Source of the DNA: Candidatus Multivoradales bacterium
GTDB taxonomy: Bacteria > Acidobacteriota > Thermoanaerobaculia > Multivoradales > Multivoraceae
Direction of reading: 5' to 3'
Length of the DNA: 64,000 nucleotides
Assembly (NCBI GenBank): GCA_965223325.1
Contig: CBDCWI010000002.1
Coordinates: forward strand, 2,304,001-2,368,000
In this document: positions 50,275 through 59,100 of the stretch, piece after piece
Position numbering within the stretch: the first letter of the stretch is position 1
Layout: each line of letters begins with the position of its first letter
Position numbers and translations under genes: made by a program
The notes under the pieces: generated by a model
Seen by the model: the letters and a program-made list of their open reading frames with translations, nothing else
What the model was told of the DNA's origin: nothing
The model's database searches: none

Positions 50275-50551
50275 GGCGATACAGATCCTCTCGGCTCCAG
50301 TCCCGCCTCGTCGTCAGCTGGGCTGGCAGCTTCAGCGTTTCCTGCCTTCTGCGCTGCCGTGCCGTCGCTTCGTCAAAGAGGCGTAAGCGTTCGGCCTGGC
50401 TGAGTTGGGTCTCGGTACAACGGCGGGGTGGCACGATCCGGATGAACTCCCCGGCCGCTTGGAAATCGATCTCGTCTCCAGGAACGATCCCGTACTCGTT
50501 GGCGAGGACCTTCGGAAGGGTGACCTGTAGTTTTGAAGTCACTTTTGCCAT
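50258..50551 (-). CDS. AbrB/MazE-family antitoxin
   Basis: MAKVTSKLQVTLPK...GIVPGDEIDF and C-terminal WSREDLY.R; overlaps the PIN gene. Confidence 0.9.
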   Translation of the reverse strand: MAKVTSKLQVTLPKVLANEYGIVPGDEIDFQAAGEFIRIVPPRRCTETQLSQAERLRLFDEATARQRRRQETLKLPAQLTTRRDWSREDLYRRGESD

Positions 50552-50557
50552 CTCCTT

Positions 50558-50581
50558 ACTATAACAAGGACGCGATCCTTG
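50558..50581 (-). promoter_or_regulatory. Extended -10 and palindromic operator of the AbrB-PIN pair
   Basis: TGtTATAGT 6 nt before the ATG; CAAGGA-N5-TCCTTG palindrome at 50565-50581. Confidence 0.45.
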
Positions 50582-50592
50582 ACCAGCTCGCG

Positions 50593-50635
50593 CGCACGGC
50601 GATGCCGCGCACGGTAGGGGGTAAGTTTTGACGGC
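50593..50635 (+). repeat. 43-bp hairpin repeat, copy A
   Basis: CGCACGGCGATGCCGCGCACGGTAGGGGGTAAGTTTTGACGGC. Confidence 0.9.
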
Positions 50636-50840
50636 AACGCCGTACTGGGCGGCGCGCCGAGTTCCGGAGCACTCCGTCGGCCTCCTTTACGACCTCAGGG
50701 GGTTGTCGGGAGGGCTGAAACCTCGCTTTCACCACCCCTCCAACCGCGGCACTCCACCCGAAAGACGCAGCTCCGCCATTGCACCGGTAGGCGCGTTCCC
50801 CTCGAGCCGTCAACCACCTCTTCGTCGGCAGCCCGGACCG

Positions 50841-51805
50841 TCAGGGACCGTCGCGAGCACCCGGCCCAGGCACTTCCAGGGCCACAAACGGCAACGGGCT
50901 TGGGAAAGTCCCTGGCGGAAACTTCGCCTCCAGGTCACCACTCCACAGAAGATCGCGCGCCGTGCGATGCGCCCGCCTCACCGCATCGAATACCGAAAGT
51001 AGCCGATTACGCTCGTGCGAGTCCGACGCGATGACCCGGGGCCTCGGCCCCCAATCGAGCCTCCGCGGGCGGCGCATCGGACTCACTTGCGTCGTTTTGT
51101 AGGCACCGCGAGGCCTCGTGCCCTTTCGCTTGTGGCGCGCCCGGGTCTCGTCCTCGATCTCAACAATCATGCCGCGGGCCCAGTCGAAGTACTCCTCGTC
51201 AGGGAGGTCCTCGAAGCACGGAAGCTTCGATAACACGACCGTCTCGTGGCTCGAGAAGTCCTTATTCGCTCAAACGACGACCGGCTTTCGAAAAACGGGC
51301 ACGACGAAGCGCTGAACGATCGACCCAGGTGCCCTCGAGCTCGAAGGTCCCTGACCAGAGTGCCTCCCCTACCGACACGCCTGGCCACTTGCGAGGTGAA
51401 GACACCAACCCCGCCTTGCAACCCTGGGCAAGGATGTAGCGGAAACGACGGCAGAGGTCCTTCTTTGCGTGACCGGGAAACGACGTCTTGACGGCCCCTC
51501 CCACTTCGGCCCCTTGAACCCCCGCAGGATCCGCAGTTCCACACTCGTCTGGTGCTGAATGCGCCGCATGAAATCGGCCAGCTGCTGGGCGTCGCGAGCG
51601 CCCAGCAGAAGGTGAGCATGGTTGACCTGGTAGTCCAGGGCGTGGATCCGGATTTCGGTCTTTCGCTGCGCGCGGCCGATGATCCCGACCAGCAGATCGC
51701 GTAGGCGTGACGATGGCGCCAACAGGAAGAACCCGTTGACGATACGCCTTCGACGACTCCCCAACCACTTCCGTCGGTGGGGACATACCTCAGTTGATGG
51801 GCCAT
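50841..51805 (-). pseudogene. Decayed HUH/Y1 transposase (REP-associated tyrosine transposase-like)
   Basis: Fragments in four successive frames: MAHQLRY..., FLLAPS...NHAHLLL (HUH), RYILAQG..GLV.SP.KWPG (catalytic Tyr region), LPCF...FPPGTF; at least three frameshifts. Confidence 0.8.
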
Positions 51806-51945
51806 GACTCTTCGCACGGAACCATCGATGCCTTGCAGGGAGCCGAATCCTATCGGATGACCCTCGCCATCGACCAACTGTCATTTGTGAATCGGGCTAC
51901 ACGTCAGGTCGGTGGCGAGTCCCGGTCCTGCGCCACGACTTCGAC

Positions 51946-51988
51946 TCAAAACTTACCCCCGACTGGGCGCGGCATCGCCGCGCGATCT
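51946..51988 (-). repeat. Hairpin repeat, copy B (inverted)
   Basis: Minus strand AGATCGCGCGGCGATGCCGCGCCCAGTCGGGGGTAAGTTTTGA. Confidence 0.88.
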
Positions 51989-52143
51989 CGTCCAGACCGT
52001 ATGGATCGACGAAACGGACTGGGTTGTTCAGAACGTAGGCGTACAGATTCCAACTCTGGGGCAGCGAGAGGTCGCCGCCAATGGGGTCAGTGGAGGTGAA
52101 TCGTGAGTAGGTTGGGTAGTAGTAGCGAGCATGCATGTAGTCG
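51989..52143 (-). pseudogene. Orphan Rhs core-end stub
   Basis: DYMHARYYYPTYSRFTSTDP...PQSWNLYAYVLNNPVRFVDPYGL, cut by repeat B a few codons after DPxG. Confidence 0.85.
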
Positions 52144-52719
52144 CTACTTGCCCACGGTTTCCAATCTGGCTGTGACCCTCTCCAGAATTCTCTCGTCGGA
52201 GACCTTCGAGCGGGATCCCGTACCCAATATCTCAGCCCACTCGAAGCCGACCGCCCGGGCTAGACCTTCCAGCGCGGTCTCGGCAATGACGCTGCCCTCG
52301 GGCGCGCTCACATAGGTCGAGTGCCCTTCGAGTTCGCGCAGCATCACGATGTCATTATTCAATCGGAGATGAGCACCAGCCACTGAGATAGCCGAGAGCC
52401 GGCAGTCATCTTCGGCATCCCACTCTCGCCCGCCAAGGTCCGCCATGATCTCGTCGCGATAGTCGGCTGACAGGCCCCAGTCGTTACAAAGCACAGATAG
52501 TGCTAGCGCGTGCGTCATCGGATCCGTTCGACAGCCGAGAAATCGCACCACCAGATCGCGATAGCGGATGGCCTGAGCTGCACCAAGGATATTGAGCAGT
52601 GTGTAGGCGTCGCCCTCGCCTCGCACGAGTCGTGCCGCGATCTCGTCAAGCTCATGCGCCGAGATGCGCCCGTCTTGGGCTCGCCGCAATGCGCCCGAAA
52701 GGTCCTCCGCGTTCATCAC
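52144..52719 (-). CDS. Putative immunity protein for the orphan toxin (helical, HEAT-like)
   Basis: Starts 3 nt after the toxin stop; alpha-helical composition. Confidence 0.7.
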   Translation of the reverse strand: MMNAEDLSGALRRAQDGRISAHELDEIAARLVRGEGDAYTLLNILGAAQAIRYRDLVVRFLGCRTDPMTHALALSVLCNDWGLSADYRDEIMADLGGREWDAEDDCRLSAISVAGAHLRLNNDIVMLRELEGHSTYVSAPEGSVIAETALEGLARAVGFEWAEILGTGSRSKVSDERILERVTARLETVGK

Positions 52720-52722
52720 TTG

Positions 52723-55108
52723 CTACTTGGGAACGAACTTCCTGGACTGATCTAGGAGCTTGCTGGCATCAGCAAGTTCTCTGGTTAGGGCTTCACGCTC
52801 CGCTCGTGGAAGATCGACTCCGCTCAGCTTGGTGTTGATCGCGGAGATTCGGTTCTGAAGCCCCCGCTGGGCGTTGCGAACCTTCTGGACGTGATCGAAC
52901 GGCGTCCCGTCTGGCTTCACGGAGACGACTTCGCCCGCTAGCTCTCTTCGAGCTGCGTCAAGGGTCTCTGGAGTTAGATGCTCTTTGAACCTATCAGTCT
53001 TTCGAACTGCGGTCCCGACGACCCGATTCCCGTCGAGTGCCTTGTCCGCAGCCTGAAGACCGTCGATGAACCGACCGCCAACCGACGGCACGAACGGTAG
53101 CGCCGCTCCGGCGACATCGAGTACGGCCCCGAGGATGTTGCCGAACGATGGATCGTTCCGTGCCTGGTTGATCGAGATCCCCGCCATCGCGACGTCAAAG
53201 ACGATCTCGGCGGCCTCTCCGTCGGGATCGACGTTGATGATCGGATTGTTCCGAACGTAGGCATAGCGGTTCCACGACTGCGGGAGCATCGGGTCGTAGC
53301 TCTCGCCGCTCGGGTCGGTGGAGGTGAATCGCGAGTACGTGGGGTAGTAGTAGCGAGCATGCATGTAGTCGAGGTCATCCTCAGCCGAGCCGGTGTGGTT
53401 GAAGTCACGCTCGTGGCCGGTGAATTTCCACTGCAGGCCGTCCTGGTCTGACGTCGTCGCTTCGCGTCCGTAGGGGTAGTAGACGTCGTAGGCGACTTCG
53501 TTTCCGCCTGCATCAGTGGTCTGGCGCACGGTGCCGAGATGGTCGGTGTGGAGGTAACGGCGGCCTTCTGAGGTTTCGGCAGCCAGGACCCTGCCGAGGC
53601 CGCGGATGGTGTCTTCGTAGGTGAAGACGCCGTTGTCGGTGGTGTACTCGCGTAGCACCTGGCCGCCCAGGTCGCGGATCGCCCACTGGCTGCGTGCGGC
53701 CAGGTCGTACTCCCAGATGCGCTCGCCCGAAGCGTCGTAGATGTAGACCGCTGAGGTCTGTTGGCTCGGTGGCGAGGTCGACCCGTCGTCTTGCACGCAC
53801 GGGTTGTCGGGGAAGACCGAGCTGGCGCAGAGGACCTCGCCGAAGGCGCCGTAGCGGAAGATGCGACCGTCGGCCTCGACGAGGCTTCCGTCCTGCTGGT
53901 AACTGGTGCCGGCGACGGTCAGTCGGTTGGTGTGTTGACTGGTTGGGGTCGCACGGCCTCCGCCACCTGCCGTCCTCTGGAGGTTGCCGAAGACGTCGTA
54001 GGTAAACACCTGGCGGCGCTCGATGCCGGCGCCGTTGCGGGCGAGGTGCACTCCCGCCTCGGCGAGGCGGTTGACGGCGTCGTAGCGGTACCAGGAACCG
54101 CCGATCGAGAGGATGTTGCCTGAGCCGTCGTAGGTGTAGGTGCCGGTGGACCAGTTGCGGTTGCTCCCTACACCGCTTGTCGAGATGCGCCGAGGGCGTC
54201 TCTTGCTGTAGGGGTCGAGGGTGTGGGTCTCGGTGACGCCGTTTCTAAACGCGATGCTTACGAGGGCCTGGTTCCGGTGGTAGCCGACGGAGTCGAGGTA
54301 GCCGGGCACCTTCCGCAGGAAGCCGCGGCCGTACTCGAAGCTCACGCTCCGTGACGGAGCGGGATCGTTGGTGCAGGGTGTCGCGTAGCCCCCTCCTTCA
54401 CACTTCGGGTAGTGGATTCTGGTGGTCGCTCCCAGGTCGTCGTACTCGAAGCCCTGGCTGAAGGCGTTCGACAGGTTGCCGTTGACGTAGACCCCGGTTC
54501 TTCGAGACGACGCGAGGCCGCCCCTGCCCCTGTACTCGAGCTCCTGCTCGACGCGCACGACGTGGTCTTCGCGGTCGGGCCGGTAGAGCGTCAGGTGGTT
54601 GTGGCGGACCAGGCGGGTGACTTTGCCGCCGCTGCGGTTGCTTCCCGAAGAGGCGTTCGACCACTGCCACTCTTTGAGTGGCAGGAAGGCAGCCTCCTCG
54701 TTCTGGCAGTCACCCGCGAAGCTGAAGTCGATGCGCACCGCCCGGCCCGCCCCGTCATAGCGGTGGCAGAGCTTGCGCCAGGCGTCGCGCACGAAGCCGA
54801 CGTTGCCGAGGGCGTCGTAGTCCGAGTACTGGATCTCTTTGGGTGCATGGCCCGCCGTGCGCTCGGGATGGTCTTCTCCGACCAGGAAGCCACGCAGGTC
54901 GTAGGAGAAGGTGCGCTTCTGGCTCACTCCGCCGTGGCTGGTGGTTACGGTGCGCAACCGATCGGCATGGTCGTAGCCGTAGGTTGTGTGGACGCGCGCC
55001 TTCGCGGCACCGGCTGAGTGCTCCTCCACCTTGTAGAGGCGACCGAACGCGTCGTAATGGAGGCGCTTGGGGATGCTTTCGAGCGTGACGTCGCTGCCGC
55101 TTCCTCCC
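52723..55108 (-). pseudogene. Orphan, 5'-truncated Rhs with Ntox28-like C-terminal toxin
   Basis: Open frame duplicating part of the main Rhs core, DPDG cleavage site, and C-terminal KEHLT...AARREL.GE...KPDG.PFDH...V.NA..GL resembling polymorphic toxin type 28. Confidence 0.8.
53346..55108 (-). repeat. 1.76-kb direct repeat of 56765-58527 (Rhs core)
   Basis: Same offset of 3419 bp at both ends; highly similar with scattered substitutions. Confidence 0.93.
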
Positions 55109-55174
55109 CGGCGCACCACGGGCTGGCTGAACACCAGGTACGCGCGCCCGCCCGAGGCCGCATGCTCCTGGTGT

Positions 55175-55534
55175 CTACCCTTCTCTGAGATCTTCCAACA
55201 AGCATCCGAGCTCGTCGTCGCCGGTCAGTTCGACTGCACTCTCCAGCGCCTTCATCGCCTCGGTCTCCCTACCGAGAGACCAAAGCGAGTGGAAGAGTGC
55301 GCCGTGCGCCAGCAGCGAACTTGGATTCAGCGTCAGAGTCTCATCAAGTATTGGCACTGCTTCTGCTGGCCGTCCCGCTCGCCATAGTGTCGTGCCCAAG
55401 AGGCCCAGGACGACAGGGTCCTTTCCCGAGGATGATTTCAGGTCGAGAAGAATCTCAATCGCTCTCTCCGGGTCGGTTTCTTTGATTGCAATCGCCTCGG
55501 CGAGGCGATCGCAAACCGTCTTACTCCTCTTCAC
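55175..55534 (-). CDS. TPR protein, putative orphan immunity protein (paralog of 55796-56173)
   Basis: AIAIKETDPERAIEILL...GLLGTTLW...EAVP.L...P.S..AH..LFHSLW..GR aligns with the upstream paralog. Confidence 0.8.
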   Translation of the reverse strand: MKRSKTVCDRLAEAIAIKETDPERAIEILLDLKSSSGKDPVVLGLLGTTLWRAGRPAEAVPILDETLTLNPSSLLAHGALFHSLWSLGRETEAMKALESAVELTGDDELGCLLEDLREG

Positions 55535-55670
55535 GATTCTCTCCTGGGTCGTCGAACTCCCGAATCGCATCGGCTGTGAGTCGATTCGGCTTGCTTACGT
55601 GGTCGAAGCAATCCTGTGACTTTGTTGGGCTGTCGATGATCACGCCCGTCGTCCTGCCCTGTCGAAGATC
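55521..55670 (-). pseudogene. Start-less remnant of a variant of the main Rhs C-terminal toxin
   Basis: Translates DLRQGRTTGVIIDSPTKS...DDPGENREEE*, against the main toxin's DLRRGKTDGVIIDSIEKS...GLRDEDE*. Confidence 0.8.
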
Positions 55671-55712
55671 GCACGGCGATGCCGCGCACGGTAGGGGGTA
55701 GGTTCTGACGGC
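55666..55712 (+). repeat. Hairpin repeat, copy C
   Basis: AGATCGCACGGCGATGCCGCGCACGGTAGGGGGTAGGTTCTGACGGC; 41/43 identical to copy A. Confidence 0.9.
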
Positions 55713-55795
55713 GGGGGCAGGTTTTCACAGCGTCGCCGGGCCCCGACTGTGCGCAGCATCCTCCTACCCACCTCCGCGGGGCCGTAAGGATTACT

Positions 55796-56173
55796 TCAGC
55801 CCGAGAGGTTCTCCGAGGCTCCTTCAATGGAAACGAGGAGATCGGCGAACTCGCTAGAGCCGGTTCGACGCACCGCGTCCCGAAGAGCTGCAACTGCGTC
55901 TGCCTTTCTGCCCTGATCCCACAGTGCGTGGAACAGAACCCTGTGCGCGTTCTCCGAGTTCGGCGAGCTCTGCAAACAACTCCGAAGGTGCGGTACCGCT
56001 TCTCGAGGCCGCTTTCTGGACCACAACAGGCTCCCAAGAAGCCCAGCGATCACGGGATTGCCGCCGAACTCCTGCCGTACTGGCAAGAGAAGGTCAATCG
56101 CGGCGTCCGGATCGTCCGTCTTGAGCTCGATCGCGGCTTCCAGAACCTCGCGTTCTCGTTTACTCATCTTCAT
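55796..56173 (-). CDS. TPR protein, putative cognate immunity protein of the main Rhs toxin
   Basis: Overlaps the Rhs stop; TPR-like helices (GLLGSLLW...EAVPHL...PNSENAH..LFHALW..GR..DA). Confidence 0.8.
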   Translation of the reverse strand: MKMSKREREVLEAAIELKTDDPDAAIDLLLPVRQEFGGNPVIAGLLGSLLWSRKRPREAVPHLRSCLQSSPNSENAHRVLFHALWDQGRKADAVAALRDAVRRTGSSEFADLLVSIEGASENLSG

Positions 56174-59100
56174 CGCGAAGACCCCAATCTTCCAGGGCGT
56201 CGTCGAGAGTTCGGATCCTGTCGAGCGCGTTTTGAGCTCGCCGCTCCGATTTCTCGATACTGTCGATGATAACGCCATCTGTCTTCCCTCGCCGGAGATC
56301 CGACTGCTTCTTCTCGATGCTGTCGAGCTGATCCAGGGCGTCGCTACCTGTTTCGATGGTGCGGCTGTCCCTGCCGGTTTCCGAGGACTGACCTTCATCG
56401 TCGACATCTGTCGCGTCTTCGTCTGAACGGGAACTCCGAAAGATGTTCGCTATCGCATCCCGAGCTGCTCGTCCAAGGTCGATCAGAGCTTCAGCACCCT
56501 CACGCAGATCCTCTTGCACGACTTCCAGGTTTGTCATCTCAGGCTGTACCGGGTTGGGGCTGGATGCCCAAACGGCTACTGCTCCTGCAGCCGCAGCGGT
56601 AGCGCTGACCACAACAACAGTGCTCGAGACCGGCTCTCGCCCGTCAGGGTCGACCTTCGTCAGGGGGCTCGCAGTTGCGTACGTATATTTGTTCCAGGTC
56701 TGCGGAAACCCGGGCTTCCCCGAGTTGATCGGATCAGTTGTTGTAAACCGGCCCAGCCCCGGCGAGTAGTAGCGAGCATGCATGTAGTCGAGGTCATCCT
56801 CAGCCGAGCCGGTGTGGTTGAAGTCACGCTCGTGGCCGGTGAATTTCCACTGCAGGCCGTCCTGCTCTGACGTCGTCGCTTCGCGTCCGTAGGGGTAGTA
56901 GACGTCGTAGGCGACTTCGTTGCCTTCTCTATCGGTGGTCTGGCGCACGGTGCCGAGGTGGTCCGTGTGGAGGTAGCGGCGGCCTTCACTCGTTTCGGCT
57001 GCCAGGACCCTGCCGAGGCCACGGATGGTGTCTTCGTAGGTGAAGACGCCGTTGTCGGTGGTGTACTCGCGTAGCACCTGGCCGCCCAGGTCGCGGATCG
57101 CCCACTGGCTGCGCGCTGCCAGGTCGTACTCCCAGATGCGCTCGTCCGAAGCGTCGTAGATGTAGACCGCTGAGCTTTGTTGACTCGGTGGCGACGTCGA
57201 CCCGTCGTCTTGAACGCACGGGTTGTCAGGGAAGACCGAGCTGGCGCAGAGGACCTCGCCGAAGGCACCGTAGCGGAAGATGCGGCCGTCGGCCTCGATG
57301 AGGCTCCCATCTTGCTGGTACCGGGTGCCGGCGACGGTCAGGCGGTTGGTGTGTTGACTGGTCGGGGTCGCACGGCCTCCGCCACCTGCCGTCCTCTGGA
57401 GGTTGCCGAAAACGTCGTAGGTAAACACCTGCCGGCGTTCGCTGCCGGCGCCGCCGCGGGCGAGGTGGACTCCCGCCTCGGCGAGGCGGTGGACGGCGTC
57501 GTAGCGGTACCAGGAGCCGCCGATCGAGAGGACGTTGCCTGAGCCGTCGTAGGTGTAGGTGCCGGTGGACCAGTTGCGGTTGCTCCCAACACCGCTTGTC
57601 GAGATGCGCCGAGGGCGTCTCTTGCTGTAGGGGTCGAGGGTGTGGGTCTCGGTGACACCGTTTCTAAACACGATGCTTGCGAGGGCCTGGTTCCGGTGGT
57701 AGCCGACTGAGTTGATGTAGCCCGGGACTTTGCGCAGGAAGCCGCGGCCGTACTCGAAGCTCACGCTTCGTGACGGGGCGGGATCGTTGGTGCAGGGTGT
57801 CGCGTAGCCCCCTCCTTCACACCGCGGGTAGTGGATTCTGATGGTCGCTCCCAGGTCGTCGTACTCGAAGCCCTGGCTGAAGGCGTTCGACAGGTTGTCG
57901 TTGACGTAGATCCCGGTTCTTCGAGACGACGCGAGGCCGCCCCTGCCCCAGTACTCGAGCTCCTGCTCGACGCGCACGACGTGGTCTTCGCGGTCGGGCC
58001 GGTAGAGCGTCAGGTGGTTGTGGCGGACCAGGCGCGTGACTTTGCCGCCGCTTCGGTTGCTTCCCGAAGAGGCGTTCGACCACTGCCACTCCTTGAGCGG
58101 CAGGAAGCCGCCCTCCTCGTTCTGGCAGTCACCCGCGAAGCTGAAGTCGATGCGCACCGGCCGGCCCGCCCCGTCATAACGGTGGCAGAGCTGGCGCCAG
58201 GCGTTGCGCACGAAGCCGACGTTTCCGAGCGCGTCGTAGTCCGCGTACCGGGTCTCTTTGGGTGCATGGCCCGCCGTGCGCTCGGGACGATCCTCGGAAA
58301 CCAGAAAGCCGCGCAGGTCGTAGGAGAAGGTGCGCTTCTGGGTCACTCCGCCATGGCTGGTGCGCACCGTGCGCAGTCGATCGGCATGGTCGTAGGTGTA
58401 GGCCGTTTGCACACGACTCTTCGCGGCACCGGCTGAGTGTTCCTCCACCTTGGAGAGACGACCGAACGCGTCGTAGTGGAGGCGCTTGGGGATGCTTTCG
58501 AGCGTGACGTCGCTGCCGCTTCCTCCCGCGCCGACTTCGGACCATTCGGTGGTCAGCCGGATCCCGCGATAGACGAACCGTTTCTGGTGCACCTTCCCCT
58601 CAGGGGGACGAATCACCCGTGCGCGCCCGAACGGGTCGTAGGAGAGAAACTGGGTGCGTTTCGAGGTGTCGCCCCACTCGGAGACGAACCGGCGGTTGCC
58701 GCTCGGGTCGTAGCCGATGATCCGGTTGCTCCAGATGCCGCCCGGGAGCAACCGGCTCTCGAGGTTCAAGCGGCCCAGATTGTCAAAGCGCACCCGCTCC
58801 CGGGCGAGATCTCCACCGGTGCGCTTCCCGTTGGGGCGGTAGTGGGTATAGACCCAGCCACCGTCGTTTCCCTCGGGCCTCGTGTAGCGATACTCGAGCC
58901 AGGTCGTCTGGTCGGGTTCGAGACGACGGATGCGCCCCAGGCGATCGAAGCTGTAGTCGATACCGAGACCCGATCCATCGGTCGAGCGGCTCAGATACCC
59001 GGTACTCGGATCGACCGTTCCCGAGAGCTCGACCGGGTAGCCCACAAAACCCGCACGGCTGAGCGTGCCGTAGCGATAGCGCGCCTCGCGCACGTAGGCA

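Noticed and set aside
55109-55174. GRAYLVF resembling an FG-GAP repeat fragment, and a GTG start for the orphan Rhs
   Set aside because: Too short to be significant, and no convincing RBS; the orphan is treated as 5'-truncated.
53346-58527. Rhs duplication as a DGR template/variable repeat pair
   Set aside because: It is far too long, and the differences I inspected are not adenine-specific.
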